Shown piece after piece: positions 28,910 to 39,067 of a stretch of 64,000 bases of DNA. The notes below the pieces were generated by a model. The model saw only the letters and a list, made by a program, of their open reading frames with translations, was not told the origin of the DNA and did not search any database. The translations under genes and the position numbers were made by a program. The stretch is from NCBI GenBank assembly GCA_038236995.1, contig JBBRZE010000019.1:2831-66830 (forward strand). Direction: 5' to 3'. The stretch is from Bacteroidales bacterium. Lineage in GTDB: Bacteria > Bacteroidota > Bacteroidia > Bacteroidales > Prolixibacteraceae. Positions within the stretch are counted from its first letter, which is position 1, and every line of letters begins with the position of its first letter.

Positions 28910-30099
28910 TGTTGCAATTCTGTTAGGTAGTTATCCGACTTACGAAAAAGCATCTCGTATATGATTGTCAGCCATATAATCGTGCATGGAAGCGCCTGCA
29001 AAGCATAGGGTTGAATAAAGTGCCGGTACAGGTAATCGGGAAAAAGATCGGAAGGGGCAAAGCTGGAGACTGCTATCCCGAAGATGATCAGGAACAAATT
29101 CCACGTTGTATATGGTCTTTTCTGAATCACAAACCAGATAGCTACACCTGCAAGGGCGATGACATAACTATTTGGTTCACTTCCGGTACTAAACAGCACG
29201 GTAAAGATCAAAACGGAAGCAAGTGTGAGCAACTGAAACCAGTTCTGCCGGTATTCCCGGATCCTCAAATAAGGAAGTGCGAAAAGCACAAGCGCTCCGA
29301 GCAAAACCGGGATGTTCGAAAACTCAAAATTCCCTGTTGATTTATGTATGATACCCAAAAAGGAAACATTTTGCTGAAGTGCACTACCGTTACCCTGGTT
29401 TTTAATAACCAACTCGTTAAACCAGCCTTTGTATTGATCGATAATAAATTCCGGCGACGAAATAAACATGGGCAACACAAAGAAAACGATGCCCCAGATT
29501 ACACTCCAAATCAATAATTTCGGTTTATGTTTCGAGAAGAAGAAAAAGGCAAATCCTACGATTCCATACAATTTCACGAAGGTTCCCAGCATGATCATAA
29601 AAGCAGCCCAGATATCCTTCTCTTTTTTGATGTTAGTATATGACAATATAATAAGGGCGGCAGTTGCGGTATTGAACTGAACGTTTGTTTGCGCAATAAT
29701 CATTGAATTGGTGCAAATCCATAATATCGCGATGTGTTGCCACGGATTAAGCGGTAACTCTTTAACCGCGTAATAAAGCACCAACGCTAACATAACCAGC
29801 CAAAGTGTACCACCTAACAAGTCGGGCATTAACGCAAAAGGGGCCATGATAATTCCGAAAACAGGACCATAATGGTTCAGATCGTCGAAAAATTCGGGGC
29901 GTTGCTGATAGAGTGGAAACTGTTCCAATATGTTCAGAAACACATATTTGTAGATCTTGTAATTATTATGAAGAATTCCGTTCATGGAATTGAATACACC
30001 CATAAATACCGAAACACCTATCCACAACCAATAAATGGTCCGGTAGTCTTTAAAGAAAGGTTTGCTAAAAAACACAGCTAATTTCTTTGCGATTGGCAT
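28906..30099 (-). CDS. Polytopic GT-C-like membrane glycosyltransferase (DUF2029/GT87-like)
   Basis: 397 aa with about 11 TM helices. A 4-nt overlap links it to the downstream GT2 gene. Family assignment is by overall look only. Confidence 0.45.
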   Translation of the reverse strand: MPIAKKLAVFFSKPFFKDYRTIYWLWIGVSVFMGVFNSMNGILHNNYKIYKYVFLNILEQFPLYQQRPEFFDDLNHYGPVFGIIMAPFALMPDLLGGTLWLVMLALVLYYAVKELPLNPWQHIAILWICTNSMIIAQTNVQFNTATAALIILSYTNIKKEKDIWAAFMIMLGTFVKLYGIVGFAFFFFSKHKPKLLIWSVIWGIVFFVLPMFISSPEFIIDQYKGWFNELVIKNQGNGSALQQNVSFLGIIHKSTGNFEFSNIPVLLGALVLFALPYLRIREYRQNWFQLLTLASVLIFTVLFSTGSEPNSYVIALAGVAIWFVIQKRPYTTWNLFLIIFGIAVSSFAPSDLFPDYLYRHFIQPYALQALPCTIIWLTIIYEMLFRKSDNYLTELQQ

Positions 30100-30118
30100 A
30101 CTGAAAAATTAATTTTAA

Positions 30119-31006
30119 TCAGTGTTTAATAGCACGGACCAAACCGCGTCTTAAAAAGGGCGCCTTTATTTTCCGATCAGTATATAAAAGCACAAAGCCA
30201 TCGGAATGAGATGTTTCGAACCCATATTGCGTTAAACGCTCCTTGAATTCCTGTTCGTCTTCTGGTTTATGATAGGTACAAATTGCCACTTTAAGCGGAT
30301 GTTGCTCCTGAAGAATCCGTTTGCTGCCATCCAACAGGCGCGATTCAGCACCCTCCACATCAATTTTCAGAAAAGACAATTTTTCACCCGCAGCAAAATA
30401 ATCGTCAAGTGTCGTACAAGTAGCATTAGATACATCCCCAACAAATTTTTTAACAATGGTCACTTTGTCTTTCCAGGGTTCGAAAGTCGCATTTAAAGGC
30501 TCCATCCATTCCTTATTACTTTCGAAAAGGATAATTCGTGACGCCTTTTCAACCACGGTTAATGCAAAATTTCCTTCTGCTGCGCCAATATCAACCAATA
30601 CATCGTCCTTTTCAAATTTAAAATCCTCGTTCTCGTAACAATGCGGACACATTGGATCCTGCTCCTTCATCAGCTCATTAAAACTTAATCTGATTCGCTT
30701 TTTACTCCAACGTTTCTTAAAATAAAGTCTTTTATCGTCGAGCAGCACGTACCGTAATCTTTTCTCCAGATCATCATGAACTTCAACTGAATCTTCGATA
30801 TATTTATCCTGAAAATAGTAAGGAAACATTGCGACCTTCCGGTTTCTTAAATAATCAAGTACCTTTTCTATTTCATCAGAAAGGGGTTCTGACAGGTTAG
30901 AATAATAGTCAAGCACAGATGCCCGAAGCACTTTGGCCACAATTTTCTTCCGAATAAATTTAGGTACAAGAATTCTATAAATCAGGGTATTCAGGATATT
31001 CATCAA
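30119..31006 (-). CDS. FkbM-family SAM-dependent methyltransferase
   Basis: 295 aa. 'VLVDIGAAEGNFAL' (SAM motif I) and 'FLKIDVEGAE' (FkbM signature). Confidence 0.75.
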   Translation of the reverse strand: MMNILNTLIYRILVPKFIRKKIVAKVLRASVLDYYSNLSEPLSDEIEKVLDYLRNRKVAMFPYYFQDKYIEDSVEVHDDLEKRLRYVLLDDKRLYFKKRWSKKRIRLSFNELMKEQDPMCPHCYENEDFKFEKDDVLVDIGAAEGNFALTVVEKASRIILFESNKEWMEPLNATFEPWKDKVTIVKKFVGDVSNATCTTLDDYFAAGEKLSFLKIDVEGAESRLLDGSKRILQEQHPLKVAICTYHKPEDEQEFKERLTQYGFETSHSDGFVLLYTDRKIKAPFLRRGLVRAIKH

Positions 31007-31141
31007 ATTCGTATATAGGGTTCAAAATAGCTATTTAGCGTGGTAACCTGGGCAGCAAAGTTAAAAAAAATCACTTTCACCTTGCTAAAGCTCAAAAATT
31101 AAGTAAAATATATCAGAAAGTAAATTTCATATTTCCTGAGG

Positions 31142-32308
31142 ATGTCGAATAATAAGTTATTTTTGATGCGACCTAAAGATGAAAAAATGATAATCGGATA
31201 TGAAGCAAAGCGCGTATTCCAAAATTGTTCGGGGCTGGGAAACTATAGCCGGAACACCATTAATTTATTAACAAGGTATTACCCCGAGAATAAATATAAA
31301 CTCTTTGCTCCCAGGCTTACCGATCTGTATACGATTCCTGCGTCAGCCGAAATCATCACACCTAAAACTTTTTTTTCACAGTTACTTTGTTCATACTGGA
31401 GATTACATCAGATTAATAAACTACTAAAATGCAATAGCATAGATGTTTTTCATGGCTTAAGTCATGTTCTGCCATTTGGAATCGAAAAAACAGGAACACC
31501 TTCTGTCGTTACAATTCATGATCTTATTTTCTTAAGGTATCCCGAATATTATAATAAAATTGATCGGGAAATGTATCATACCATCTACCGCAGCTCTTGC
31601 AATAGAGCAACAAAAATCATTGCAATCAGTAATCAGACCAAAGCCGATCTGATCAGCTTCTTTGGTATTAATCCTGATAAAATTGAGGTGATCTATCAAT
31701 CGTGCAATAAGTTGTTTTACGATAGGTTAAGTGATGAGCGAATAGCCGCTGTGCGATTAAAATTCAATCTGCCCGAAAAATTCATCCTGACCGTTGGAAC
31801 AATTGAAAGAAGGAAGAATCAACTTGCTATCTTAAAAGCTGTCGCTAAAGAGAAGCTCGATATTACGGTTGTCATTCTGGGAAAACCAACTGAATATATC
31901 ACGCAGCTTAACCGGTTTATCAGTGAATCAGGTATCCATAAACAGGTGATGTTTCTCCATCATACAACCACTGAAGAGTTGCAGGCAATTTATCAAATGG
32001 CAGAAGTAATGGTTTATCCATCTTTCTTTGAAGGATTTGGACTTCCGGTGCTTGAAGCCCAGGCATCTGGCTGCGCAGTAATTACTTCAAATATCAGCAG
32101 TCTGCCAGAAGCAGGAGGTGAAGGGGCGCTCTATATCAATCCGGGGGACATTTCACAAATTGGGACTTCAATTAAGAATGTAATCACTGACAAACAGTTA
32201 AGGAAAGGGTTGATTCTAAAAGGAACAGCGAATACTGCACTGTTCAGCGAAAAGTTCGTAGCAGAAAAGTTAATGAAACTATATACTGAATTGAGGAAAA
32301 AGGATTGA
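31142..32308 (+). CDS. GT4 (GT-B fold) glycosyltransferase
   Basis: 388 aa. 'YPSFFEGFGLPVLEAQASGCAVITSN' is the E-x7-E motif region. Confidence 0.8.
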   Translation: MSNNKLFLMRPKDEKMIIGYEAKRVFQNCSGLGNYSRNTINLLTRYYPENKYKLFAPRLTDLYTIPASAEIITPKTFFSQLLCSYWRLHQINKLLKCNSIDVFHGLSHVLPFGIEKTGTPSVVTIHDLIFLRYPEYYNKIDREMYHTIYRSSCNRATKIIAISNQTKADLISFFGINPDKIEVIYQSCNKLFYDRLSDERIAAVRLKFNLPEKFILTVGTIERRKNQLAILKAVAKEKLDITVVILGKPTEYITQLNRFISESGIHKQVMFLHHTTTEELQAIYQMAEVMVYPSFFEGFGLPVLEAQASGCAVITSNISSLPEAGGEGALYINPGDISQIGTSIKNVITDKQLRKGLILKGTANTALFSEKFVAEKLMKLYTELRKKD

Positions 32309-32334
32309 AGAGTCTTGCACTTTTTAACAGGACA

Positions 32335-33312
32335 TTATCGTTTCGAAATGAAATTGGGCGATCGCTGGCTTAACCATGTCCTTGTTTTCAGAACATTCAG
32401 ATAATACGAAACCTGTTTGAAATAAGTAAGCGTCATCACATTAAGCCCACTGTTAAAAAAGAAGATTACACCTGCGATTGCCGGAAGAAGTCCAAACAAA
32501 ACATGATCAAGTATAAGGAACATATGCATATAAAAAGCTTTCCATCCTGCTTCATGTTTCGAAATATAAATATGGCGTGAAATATTAACACAGGTTTTGG
32601 TTAATGCTGTGACCTGTTTATTAATTCGTGATGCACCACCATGATTGTGAACTATACTAACAGTTTTAAGCAAAACGATTTCTCCATTTTTAAAACTGGC
32701 TCTGCGACACAGATCTACATCCTCGAAATACATCCAGAAATCATCATCCCATCCTTTCAGACCTTCATAAGTTTCTCTGCTGACCATGACAACAGAACCG
32801 GAAACCCAATCGGGACAAATGTAATTCTCAGTCTGAACGAATGATTTTTCCTGATGATGAAGAAATATCTTATTGATTGCACGGAGCCAACCGGTTAAAT
32901 TAAAGGGAGATAAAAAACTTCCGTAGGGACGCTCTTCAGTACCATTCTCCTTTACCTGGCAGCATGAAATAACTGAAAATGGTTTTCTTATCCGAACCTC
33001 AGTAAGCATCGCGAAAAGAGCTTCCGTATTTATAATTGTATCAGGATTTAAAAACAGAAAATGGGAACCATGACTATTTTTCGCTCCAAGGTTACAACCA
33101 TTTGCAAATCCAAAGTTGCCATCGTTTAAAATAAAAGTAAATCCGGGAAATAATTGGCGGAAGCTTTCCAACATTTCGTCATCGGAGTTGTTATCAACAA
33201 CAATAACTTCATGAGAAAACCGATTATCCTCTATTACATTCAAAGATTCAAGACATTGCGTAAGTCTTTTCCACCCTCTGAAATTTACTATTATGATTGA
33301 AATATCCACCAA
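32335..33312 (-). CDS. GT2 glycosyltransferase
   Basis: 325 aa. 'ISIIIVNFRGW', 'VVDNNSDD' and 'FLNPDT' are typical of rhamnosyltransferase-like GT2 enzymes. Uses a TTG/GTG start. Confidence 0.75.
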   Translation of the reverse strand: MVDISIIIVNFRGWKRLTQCLESLNVIEDNRFSHEVIVVDNNSDDEMLESFRQLFPGFTFILNDGNFGFANGCNLGAKNSHGSHFLFLNPDTIINTEALFAMLTEVRIRKPFSVISCCQVKENGTEERPYGSFLSPFNLTGWLRAINKIFLHHQEKSFVQTENYICPDWVSGSVVMVSRETYEGLKGWDDDFWMYFEDVDLCRRASFKNGEIVLLKTVSIVHNHGGASRINKQVTALTKTCVNISRHIYISKHEAGWKAFYMHMFLILDHVLFGLLPAIAGVIFFFNSGLNVMTLTYFKQVSYYLNVLKTRTWLSQRSPNFISKR

Positions 33313-33509
33313 TTTAAAACTATTTTATACAAAACTAATCAATTTATTTTTGCATTCGGTTTAGACTTTTCAACCTCTGTTTGGTTTAATCGGGAAAAGC
33401 AAAAAAAATATTAGTCGATAAAGAAATTTAGAATGCAATACATTAGCATTATAAGCAATTGATAATGGACCATTAAAACTAGTGACAAGGTTTGAACTGT
33501 TGAAGTAAA

Positions 33510-33544
33510 GAATCCCCCAAAGCATTAAATGCCTTGAGGGATTC
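33510..33544 (-). terminator. Hairpin after xylE (probable intrinsic terminator)
   Basis: GAATCCC...GGGATTC outer stem with an extended inner stem. The downstream minus-strand tract CTTTACTTC is only moderately U-rich. Confidence 0.4.
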
Positions 33545-33574
33545 ATTATTAATTAAATCATTTTAAATCGGGAC

Positions 33575-34960
33575 CTATTTCTTTTTCAGCCATAAAACTT
33601 CCATTTCCTCAAGGGTTTTACCTTTTGTTTCAGGAACCATTTTCCATACAAAAACAAATGAAAGAACACTCATAATCCCGTAAAAACTATATGTCCATCC
33701 ACCGCTGAATTCCATCATGGCAGGGTAGGTTGACGAAATAAAATAGTTGGCAGCCCATTGCGCTGCAACGGCTATCGCGATAGCGCGACCTCTGATTTTA
33801 TTTGGAAAGATTTCAGAAATCAGAACCCAGCATATCGGACCCCACGACATCATAAAAGACGCGGTGTAGATGATAATAAATACCAGTGTACTAATACCAA
33901 TAACATGCATGAATGCCAGTCCGCCGATAGCAAACATCCCTACTGCCATACCTATTGATCCGATCATCAGAAGTGGTTTCCTTCCGTATTTATCTACAGT
34001 CATAATGGCAACAACCGTAAATATTACGTTTATCAATCCCATTACCACCGTTTGAAGCATTGATGCATCTTTGGCGGCTCCCATACTTTCGAAAATACGG
34101 GGAGCGTAGTACAATGCAACATTGATTCCGACAAATTGCTGAAATACAGAAAGCAGGATACCGATAATGATCACAACTTTACCGTAGGCCCATAATTTTT
34201 CAGAAGCAGCTTCTACAGATTTTTTGATATCATTCATAATGAGTCTCGCCTGCTGAATCCCATTAATTTTCGTGAGAATTTCCAACGCTTTGGTATCCTG
34301 ATTGTTTAGCGCAAGATAACGCGGTGTTTCAGGGACAAAGAACAGCAATATCCCAAAAATTGCAGCGGGTATAGCCTCGGAAACAAACATCCATCGCCAT
34401 CCGGTTTCATTAATATATTCGATCGTATTCCCCTGTGCTATTCCCCAGTTGACAAAATAGACAACCAACATACCAAAAATAATGGCGAATTGGTTGATCG
34501 AAACCAGTCGGCCGCGAATATCTGCAGGAGCAACTTCCCCTATGTACATCGGAACGACAGCAGATGCCAGACCAACGCCTATTCCACCGATTATCCGGTA
34601 AAAGTTGAACATGTACAATAAGCCCAGGGTGGGTTCACCTCTTTTAAAAAACAAAGCTTCGGGAAAACCTGAACCCAATGCTGAAATAAAGAACAATACA
34701 GCAGCAAGCATCAGTGTTCTTTTGCGACCCAGTTTTGACGCCAGTAGCCCGGAGATCATGCCTCCTATAATACAGCCAATTAAGGCACTTGAAATAGTTG
34801 CGCCATGTGCAAGTGATCCAAGTCCAAGACTTGTGATCAGATAAGCCTGAACAGATTTCTCTGCTCCCGATATTACAGCTGTGTCGTATCCAAATAAAAG
34901 ACCCCCCAGTGTTGCCACCAGGGTAATCGCCATAATATAAACGATATTACGATCTTTCAT
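33575..34960 (-). CDS. xylE: Sugar-porter-family MFS transporter (D-xylose:H+ symporter-like)
   Basis: 461 aa. 'LFGYDTAVISGA', 'GRKRTLMLAA', 'PETPRYL' and 'VDKYGRKPLL' are sugar-porter signatures. Lies downstream of xylA. Confidence 0.8.
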   Translation of the reverse strand: MKDRNIVYIMAITLVATLGGLLFGYDTAVISGAEKSVQAYLITSLGLGSLAHGATISSALIGCIIGGMISGLLASKLGRKRTLMLAAVLFFISALGSGFPEALFFKRGEPTLGLLYMFNFYRIIGGIGVGLASAVVPMYIGEVAPADIRGRLVSINQFAIIFGMLVVYFVNWGIAQGNTIEYINETGWRWMFVSEAIPAAIFGILLFFVPETPRYLALNNQDTKALEILTKINGIQQARLIMNDIKKSVEAASEKLWAYGKVVIIIGILLSVFQQFVGINVALYYAPRIFESMGAAKDASMLQTVVMGLINVIFTVVAIMTVDKYGRKPLLMIGSIGMAVGMFAIGGLAFMHVIGISTLVFIIIYTASFMMSWGPICWVLISEIFPNKIRGRAIAIAVAAQWAANYFISSTYPAMMEFSGGWTYSFYGIMSVLSFVFVWKMVPETKGKTLEEMEVLWLKKK

Positions 34961-34964
34961 AAAG

Positions 34965-36290
34965 TTAAATGTAGCTGTTTATCAGTTGCTCAAGCATTTC
35001 CTGTTTACCACTGATCTGTTTTGGTTCGCCAGCATCTTTTGCATGATTATATAAATCAATCAAACTGAGTTTGCCATGATCGAATTCAGCGCCTTTGCCC
35101 GAATCGAACGAAGCATAGCGGTTCGATTTCAGTTTCAGATAGTTTGAATCTTTCAGCAATTTGTCGGCAATCACCAAAGCACGAGCAAATACGTCCATCC
35201 CCGAAACGTGGGCAATAAAGATATCTTCAAGATCGGTTGAATTACGACGTGTTTTAGCATCGAAGTTGATACCACCTGTTGTGAAACCACCATTCTGAAT
35301 GATCTCAATCATCGCTTCAGTCACTTCATAAATATTAGTTGGGAATTCGTCTGTATCCCATCCGTTCTGATAGTCACCTTTATTGGCGTCAATGGAACCA
35401 AACATTCCCGTGTCGCGGGCTGTCCTCAACTCATGAGCAAAAGTATGGCCAGCCAAAGTAGCATGGTTTACTTCGATGTTCATTTTGAAATCTTTGTCCA
35501 AACCGTGTGCCTTCAGGAAGCCAACAACAGTTGCGGTATCGAAATCGTACTGGTGTTTCATTGGTTCCATGGGTTTTGGCTCAATCAGGAAGGTACCTTT
35601 AAATCCTTGTTTGCGTGCATGATCGCGTGCCATACCCAGGAATTGGCCCATGTGTTCCAGTTCGCGTTTGGTATCCGTATTGTGAAGACTCATGTAACCT
35701 TCGCGCCCACCCCAGAAAACATAGTTGCTACCACCTAAAGCAATTGTTGCTTCCATGGCATTCTTAACCTGAACTGCAGCATTGGCAACAACATTGAAAT
35801 CGGGATTGGTAGCAGCACCATTCATGTAACGTGGATCGGAGAATACATTGGCAGTACCCCACAACAACTGAATACCTGTGGCTTGCTGACGCTCTTTGGC
35901 AAAGTCGATCATATTGGCCAACCGTTTTTCAATTTCAAAAACAGTCCCATTTCCAACAACATCGGTGTCGTGGAAGCAGTAGTATGGAACGCCTAATTTG
36001 CTGATAAATTCAAAAGCAGCATCCATTTTTTCTTTTGCGGCTGTCATCGGATCAGATGCGCCAACCCATGGAAAAATTTGTGTTCCGGGACCAAATGGAT
36101 CTCCACCATCACCACAGAATGTGTGCCAGTAAGCCACCGCAAAACGAAGATAATCTTTCATAGGTTTGCCCAATACAACCTGTTTAGGATCGTACCATTT
36201 GAATGCCATTGGATTTTTTGAATCCGGTCCCTCGTATTTAATCTGATCGATACCAGGGAAATACTCTTTGTTTCCTTTAAAAGCTGCCAT
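34965..36290 (-). CDS. xylA: Xylose isomerase
   Basis: 441 aa. 'YCFHDTDV', 'LWGTANVFS', '[10 protein letters not shown]' and '[12 protein letters not shown]' are canonical XylA motifs. Confidence 0.92.
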   Translation of the reverse strand: MAAFKGNKEYFPGIDQIKYEGPDSKNPMAFKWYDPKQVVLGKPMKDYLRFAVAYWHTFCGDGGDPFGPGTQIFPWVGASDPMTAAKEKMDAAFEFISKLGVPYYCFHDTDVVGNGTVFEIEKRLANMIDFAKERQQATGIQLLWGTANVFSDPRYMNGAATNPDFNVVANAAVQVKNAMEATIALGGSNYVFWGGREGYMSLHNTDTKRELEHMGQFLGMARDHARKQGFKGTFLIEPKPMEPMKHQYDFDTATVVGFLKAHGLDKDFKMNIEVNHATLAGHTFAHELRTARDTGMFGSIDANKGDYQNGWDTDEFPTNIYEVTEAMIEIIQNGGFTTGGINFDAKTRRNSTDLEDIFIAHVSGMDVFARALVIADKLLKDSNYLKLKSNRYASFDSGKGAEFDHGKLSLIDLYNHAKDAGEPKQISGKQEMLEQLINSYI

Positions 36291-36331
36291 AATGATAAAT
36301 TTTAAAATTGATTTTTTGAATTGTTATTTAC

Positions 36332-37816
36332 TTAGATGTATTTTTCAAGTTGAATTTTCCAGGTTTGATAGGCTTCCTCGTATTGAGCACTTTTGCTTGT
36401 ATCTGGTGTTACTGTTTCCAGCTTTTTCAAATTGGCAAATGCGTCTTTTGCTGAAGCATAATAGCCGGAACCAATACCTGCGCCTCGTGCTGCGCCCACT
36501 GATCCGTCTGTATTGTAAAGTTCAATAGTTGCACCAGAAACGCCGGCAAGTGTTTCACGGAATACAGGACTGAGAAACATATTGGCTTTTCCAGCACGAA
36601 TAACCTTTGCCTTGATACCAATTTGTTCCATAACTTCCATTCCGTATTTGAATGAGAAGACAATTCCTTCCTGCGCAGCGCGGAAAAGATGTGCCTCTGT
36701 ATGAATATTGAAGCCTAATCCAGAGATTTGACCACCAATATTTTTATTGCCAAGAACACGTTCTGCTCCGTTTCCAAAAGGCAGAATGCTTAAACCTTCA
36801 GAACCAATGGCGATTTCCGCAGCTTTTTTGTTCATTTCTTCATAGGAAAATGCCTTATTCCCCACATATTTATTCAACCATGAATTCAGAATTCCGGTTC
36901 CGTTGATGCAAAGCAAAACACCTAAACGACTATCTTTAGCTGAATGATTGACATGAGCAAATGTGTTCACCCTCGATTGCGGATCGTATTTCACATCGCC
37001 GCTAACGCCGTAAACGACGCCCGATGTTCCGGCTGTTGTTGCAATTTCACCTGGATTTAAAACATTCAGCGACAAAGCATTATTTGGTTGGTCACCTGCC
37101 CTGTACGACACAGGAGTGCCGGCTTTCAAACCAAGTTCTCCAGCTATTTTAGCTGAAACGTGTCCCTGAATTCCAAACGTATCAACGAGTTCAGGAATCA
37201 GTTCCTTACCAAATCCATAGTAATTAAGAACAAGTTCTGATACTTCGTTTTTTCTGAAATCCCAAAACATTCCTTCTGACAATCCGGAAGCTGTTGTACG
37301 AATTTCACCTGTCAGACGCATCGCGATATAATCGCCGGGTAACATTATTTTATCAATTTTCTCATAAACGGATGGTTCATTCTCCTTTACCCACTTCAGC
37401 TTTGAAGCCGTAAAATTCCCGGGTGAATTAAGCAAGGTATTCAGACACTTCTCATTACCTATTTCATTGAATGCTTTATTCCCTATTTCAGTTGCACGGC
37501 TATCGCACCAGATAATAGAAGGACGCAGCACATTCTGCTGCTTATCAACAATTACGAGTCCGTGCATCTGGTAAGAGATACCGATGGCTACTATTTCGTC
37601 ACCTGAAATTTTAGCCAATGATTTTGCTTCATGTATGGCAAGTTTTAGATTTTCCCACCAAAGTTCTGGTTGCTGCTCTGCCCAGCCAGACTTTTTGGCA
37701 ACAATAGTCATCTCATTTTTGGGGTAGAATGAGGATCCGGCGATTTCACCTGTTTCACCGTTCAGAATGGAAGCCTTCACCGAAGAGCTTCCGATGTCAA
37801 TTCCTAATAAATACAT
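36332..37816 (-). CDS. xylB: Xylulokinase (FGGY carbohydrate kinase)
   Basis: 494 aa. 'YLLGIDIGSSSVKA', 'GISYQMHGLV' and 'GDQPNNALS' are FGGY-family motifs. Lies beside xylA. Confidence 0.85.
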   Translation of the reverse strand: MYLLGIDIGSSSVKASILNGETGEIAGSSFYPKNEMTIVAKKSGWAEQQPELWWENLKLAIHEAKSLAKISGDEIVAIGISYQMHGLVIVDKQQNVLRPSIIWCDSRATEIGNKAFNEIGNEKCLNTLLNSPGNFTASKLKWVKENEPSVYEKIDKIMLPGDYIAMRLTGEIRTTASGLSEGMFWDFRKNEVSELVLNYYGFGKELIPELVDTFGIQGHVSAKIAGELGLKAGTPVSYRAGDQPNNALSLNVLNPGEIATTAGTSGVVYGVSGDVKYDPQSRVNTFAHVNHSAKDSRLGVLLCINGTGILNSWLNKYVGNKAFSYEEMNKKAAEIAIGSEGLSILPFGNGAERVLGNKNIGGQISGLGFNIHTEAHLFRAAQEGIVFSFKYGMEVMEQIGIKAKVIRAGKANMFLSPVFRETLAGVSGATIELYNTDGSVGAARGAGIGSGYYASAKDAFANLKKLETVTPDTSKSAQYEEAYQTWKIQLEKYI

Positions 37817-37870
37817 AGTAGTTTGAAGTTCAAAGTTTATTAATATATCTGTTCTGTTGTGTCATGATCA

Positions 37871-38872
37871 TTAAAGAGATTCCCTGATAATTAAATCGGT
37901 GGGAACCTGGAAATCGAGCTTTTCATTGTCTAAAGCAAATTTTGCTGCTTTTTGACCCATCAGTTTGAAATCGGTTGATATAACCGTGATCCCATTGGCA
38001 ATGAACTTCTTCATTGGTGTGTCGTTATAAGACAAAATGCCAAAATCTTCCCGGAGTCTGAATTTCTTACTTTGTGCCTGTTCCAGGATAGCCGCCAGAT
38101 CAATATCCTCGAAAACGAAATAAACTTTCCCAATCTGGATGTCAAGGTCGGAAATGTTGTATATCACTCTAAATTTCAAGTTGTTGTCATCACAAAACCG
38201 ATTGACATTTTCAACCGACTCAATGGGATGGAATGTATATTCCGGATAAACACAAACCACCTCGTCGTATTTTCTTAACAGGTGCCATCCTGAAGTTAGA
38301 CATCTGTAAACAGATTCGCCAAAATCCTGGTAAACTTTCGCCTGACCCACTTCGGAATGTATGTGCCAGTCTATAAGACACAATTTATCAGGGTCAATCT
38401 CATTCACGATACTAGGAACATCCGGATGATTGAAATTCATAATGATATATGAATTAAATTTCCCTATGCTATTTCGGATAATCGATTCGAACAGATCGAA
38501 ATTATAATGATGAAAATTAATATCCACCATCACATTCTTTGGTAAATTTTGCTTGAACGAGTTATAAAGCACCTCTTTATAAGCCTTAAGCGTATCAAGA
38601 AACAGAAATACCTGTTTTTGGGAACGAATCACAAAATAGCCCTTGTTCGGAATTGCTTCAACAATACCCCGCCTTTTCAGTTCTGAATAACTCTTAAACA
38701 CTGTATCGCGCGATAAACCAGACTCTTTCATTAAATCATTTACCGAAGGCAACGCATCACCTTCGCGAAGCATCTTATAATTAATAGAACGGATCAAAGC
38801 ATCAACAAGCTGTTGAACTTTGGATATTCCTGAGTCTAAATTAGGTTTAAAACTGAATTTTTTCATACACAA
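37871..38872 (-). CDS. GntR-type winged-helix regulator fused to a periplasmic-binding-protein-like sugar-sensor domain
   Basis: 333 aa. N-terminal 'LPSVNDLMKESGLSRDTVFKSYSELKRRGIVEAIPNKGYFV' is a GntR HTH, followed by about 250 aa of alpha/beta sensor-like sequence. The likely start is the ATG at 38866. Confidence 0.6.
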   Translation of the reverse strand: MCMKKFSFKPNLDSGISKVQQLVDALIRSINYKMLREGDALPSVNDLMKESGLSRDTVFKSYSELKRRGIVEAIPNKGYFVIRSQKQVFLFLDTLKAYKEVLYNSFKQNLPKNVMVDINFHHYNFDLFESIIRNSIGKFNSYIIMNFNHPDVPSIVNEIDPDKLCLIDWHIHSEVGQAKVYQDFGESVYRCLTSGWHLLRKYDEVVCVYPEYTFHPIESVENVNRFCDDNNLKFRVIYNISDLDIQIGKVYFVFEDIDLAAILEQAQSKKFRLREDFGILSYNDTPMKKFIANGITVISTDFKLMGQKAAKFALDNEKLDFQVPTDLIIRESL

Positions 38873-39067
38873 AAACTATCAATCCATCTGTTCTGATCCG
38901 TTCTGCAAACTTAATCTTTAATTCATGCTCCTGATTTAATTTAGGAATGTTATTAAACATGTAAAATCAAAATTCGGACAAGTAAACGAACCAATTATAA
39001 TTTTGAACTAAATCCGGTTAAATCCGTTAAAAATATATTAACTTCATCCTGATTAATAAATACAGCC

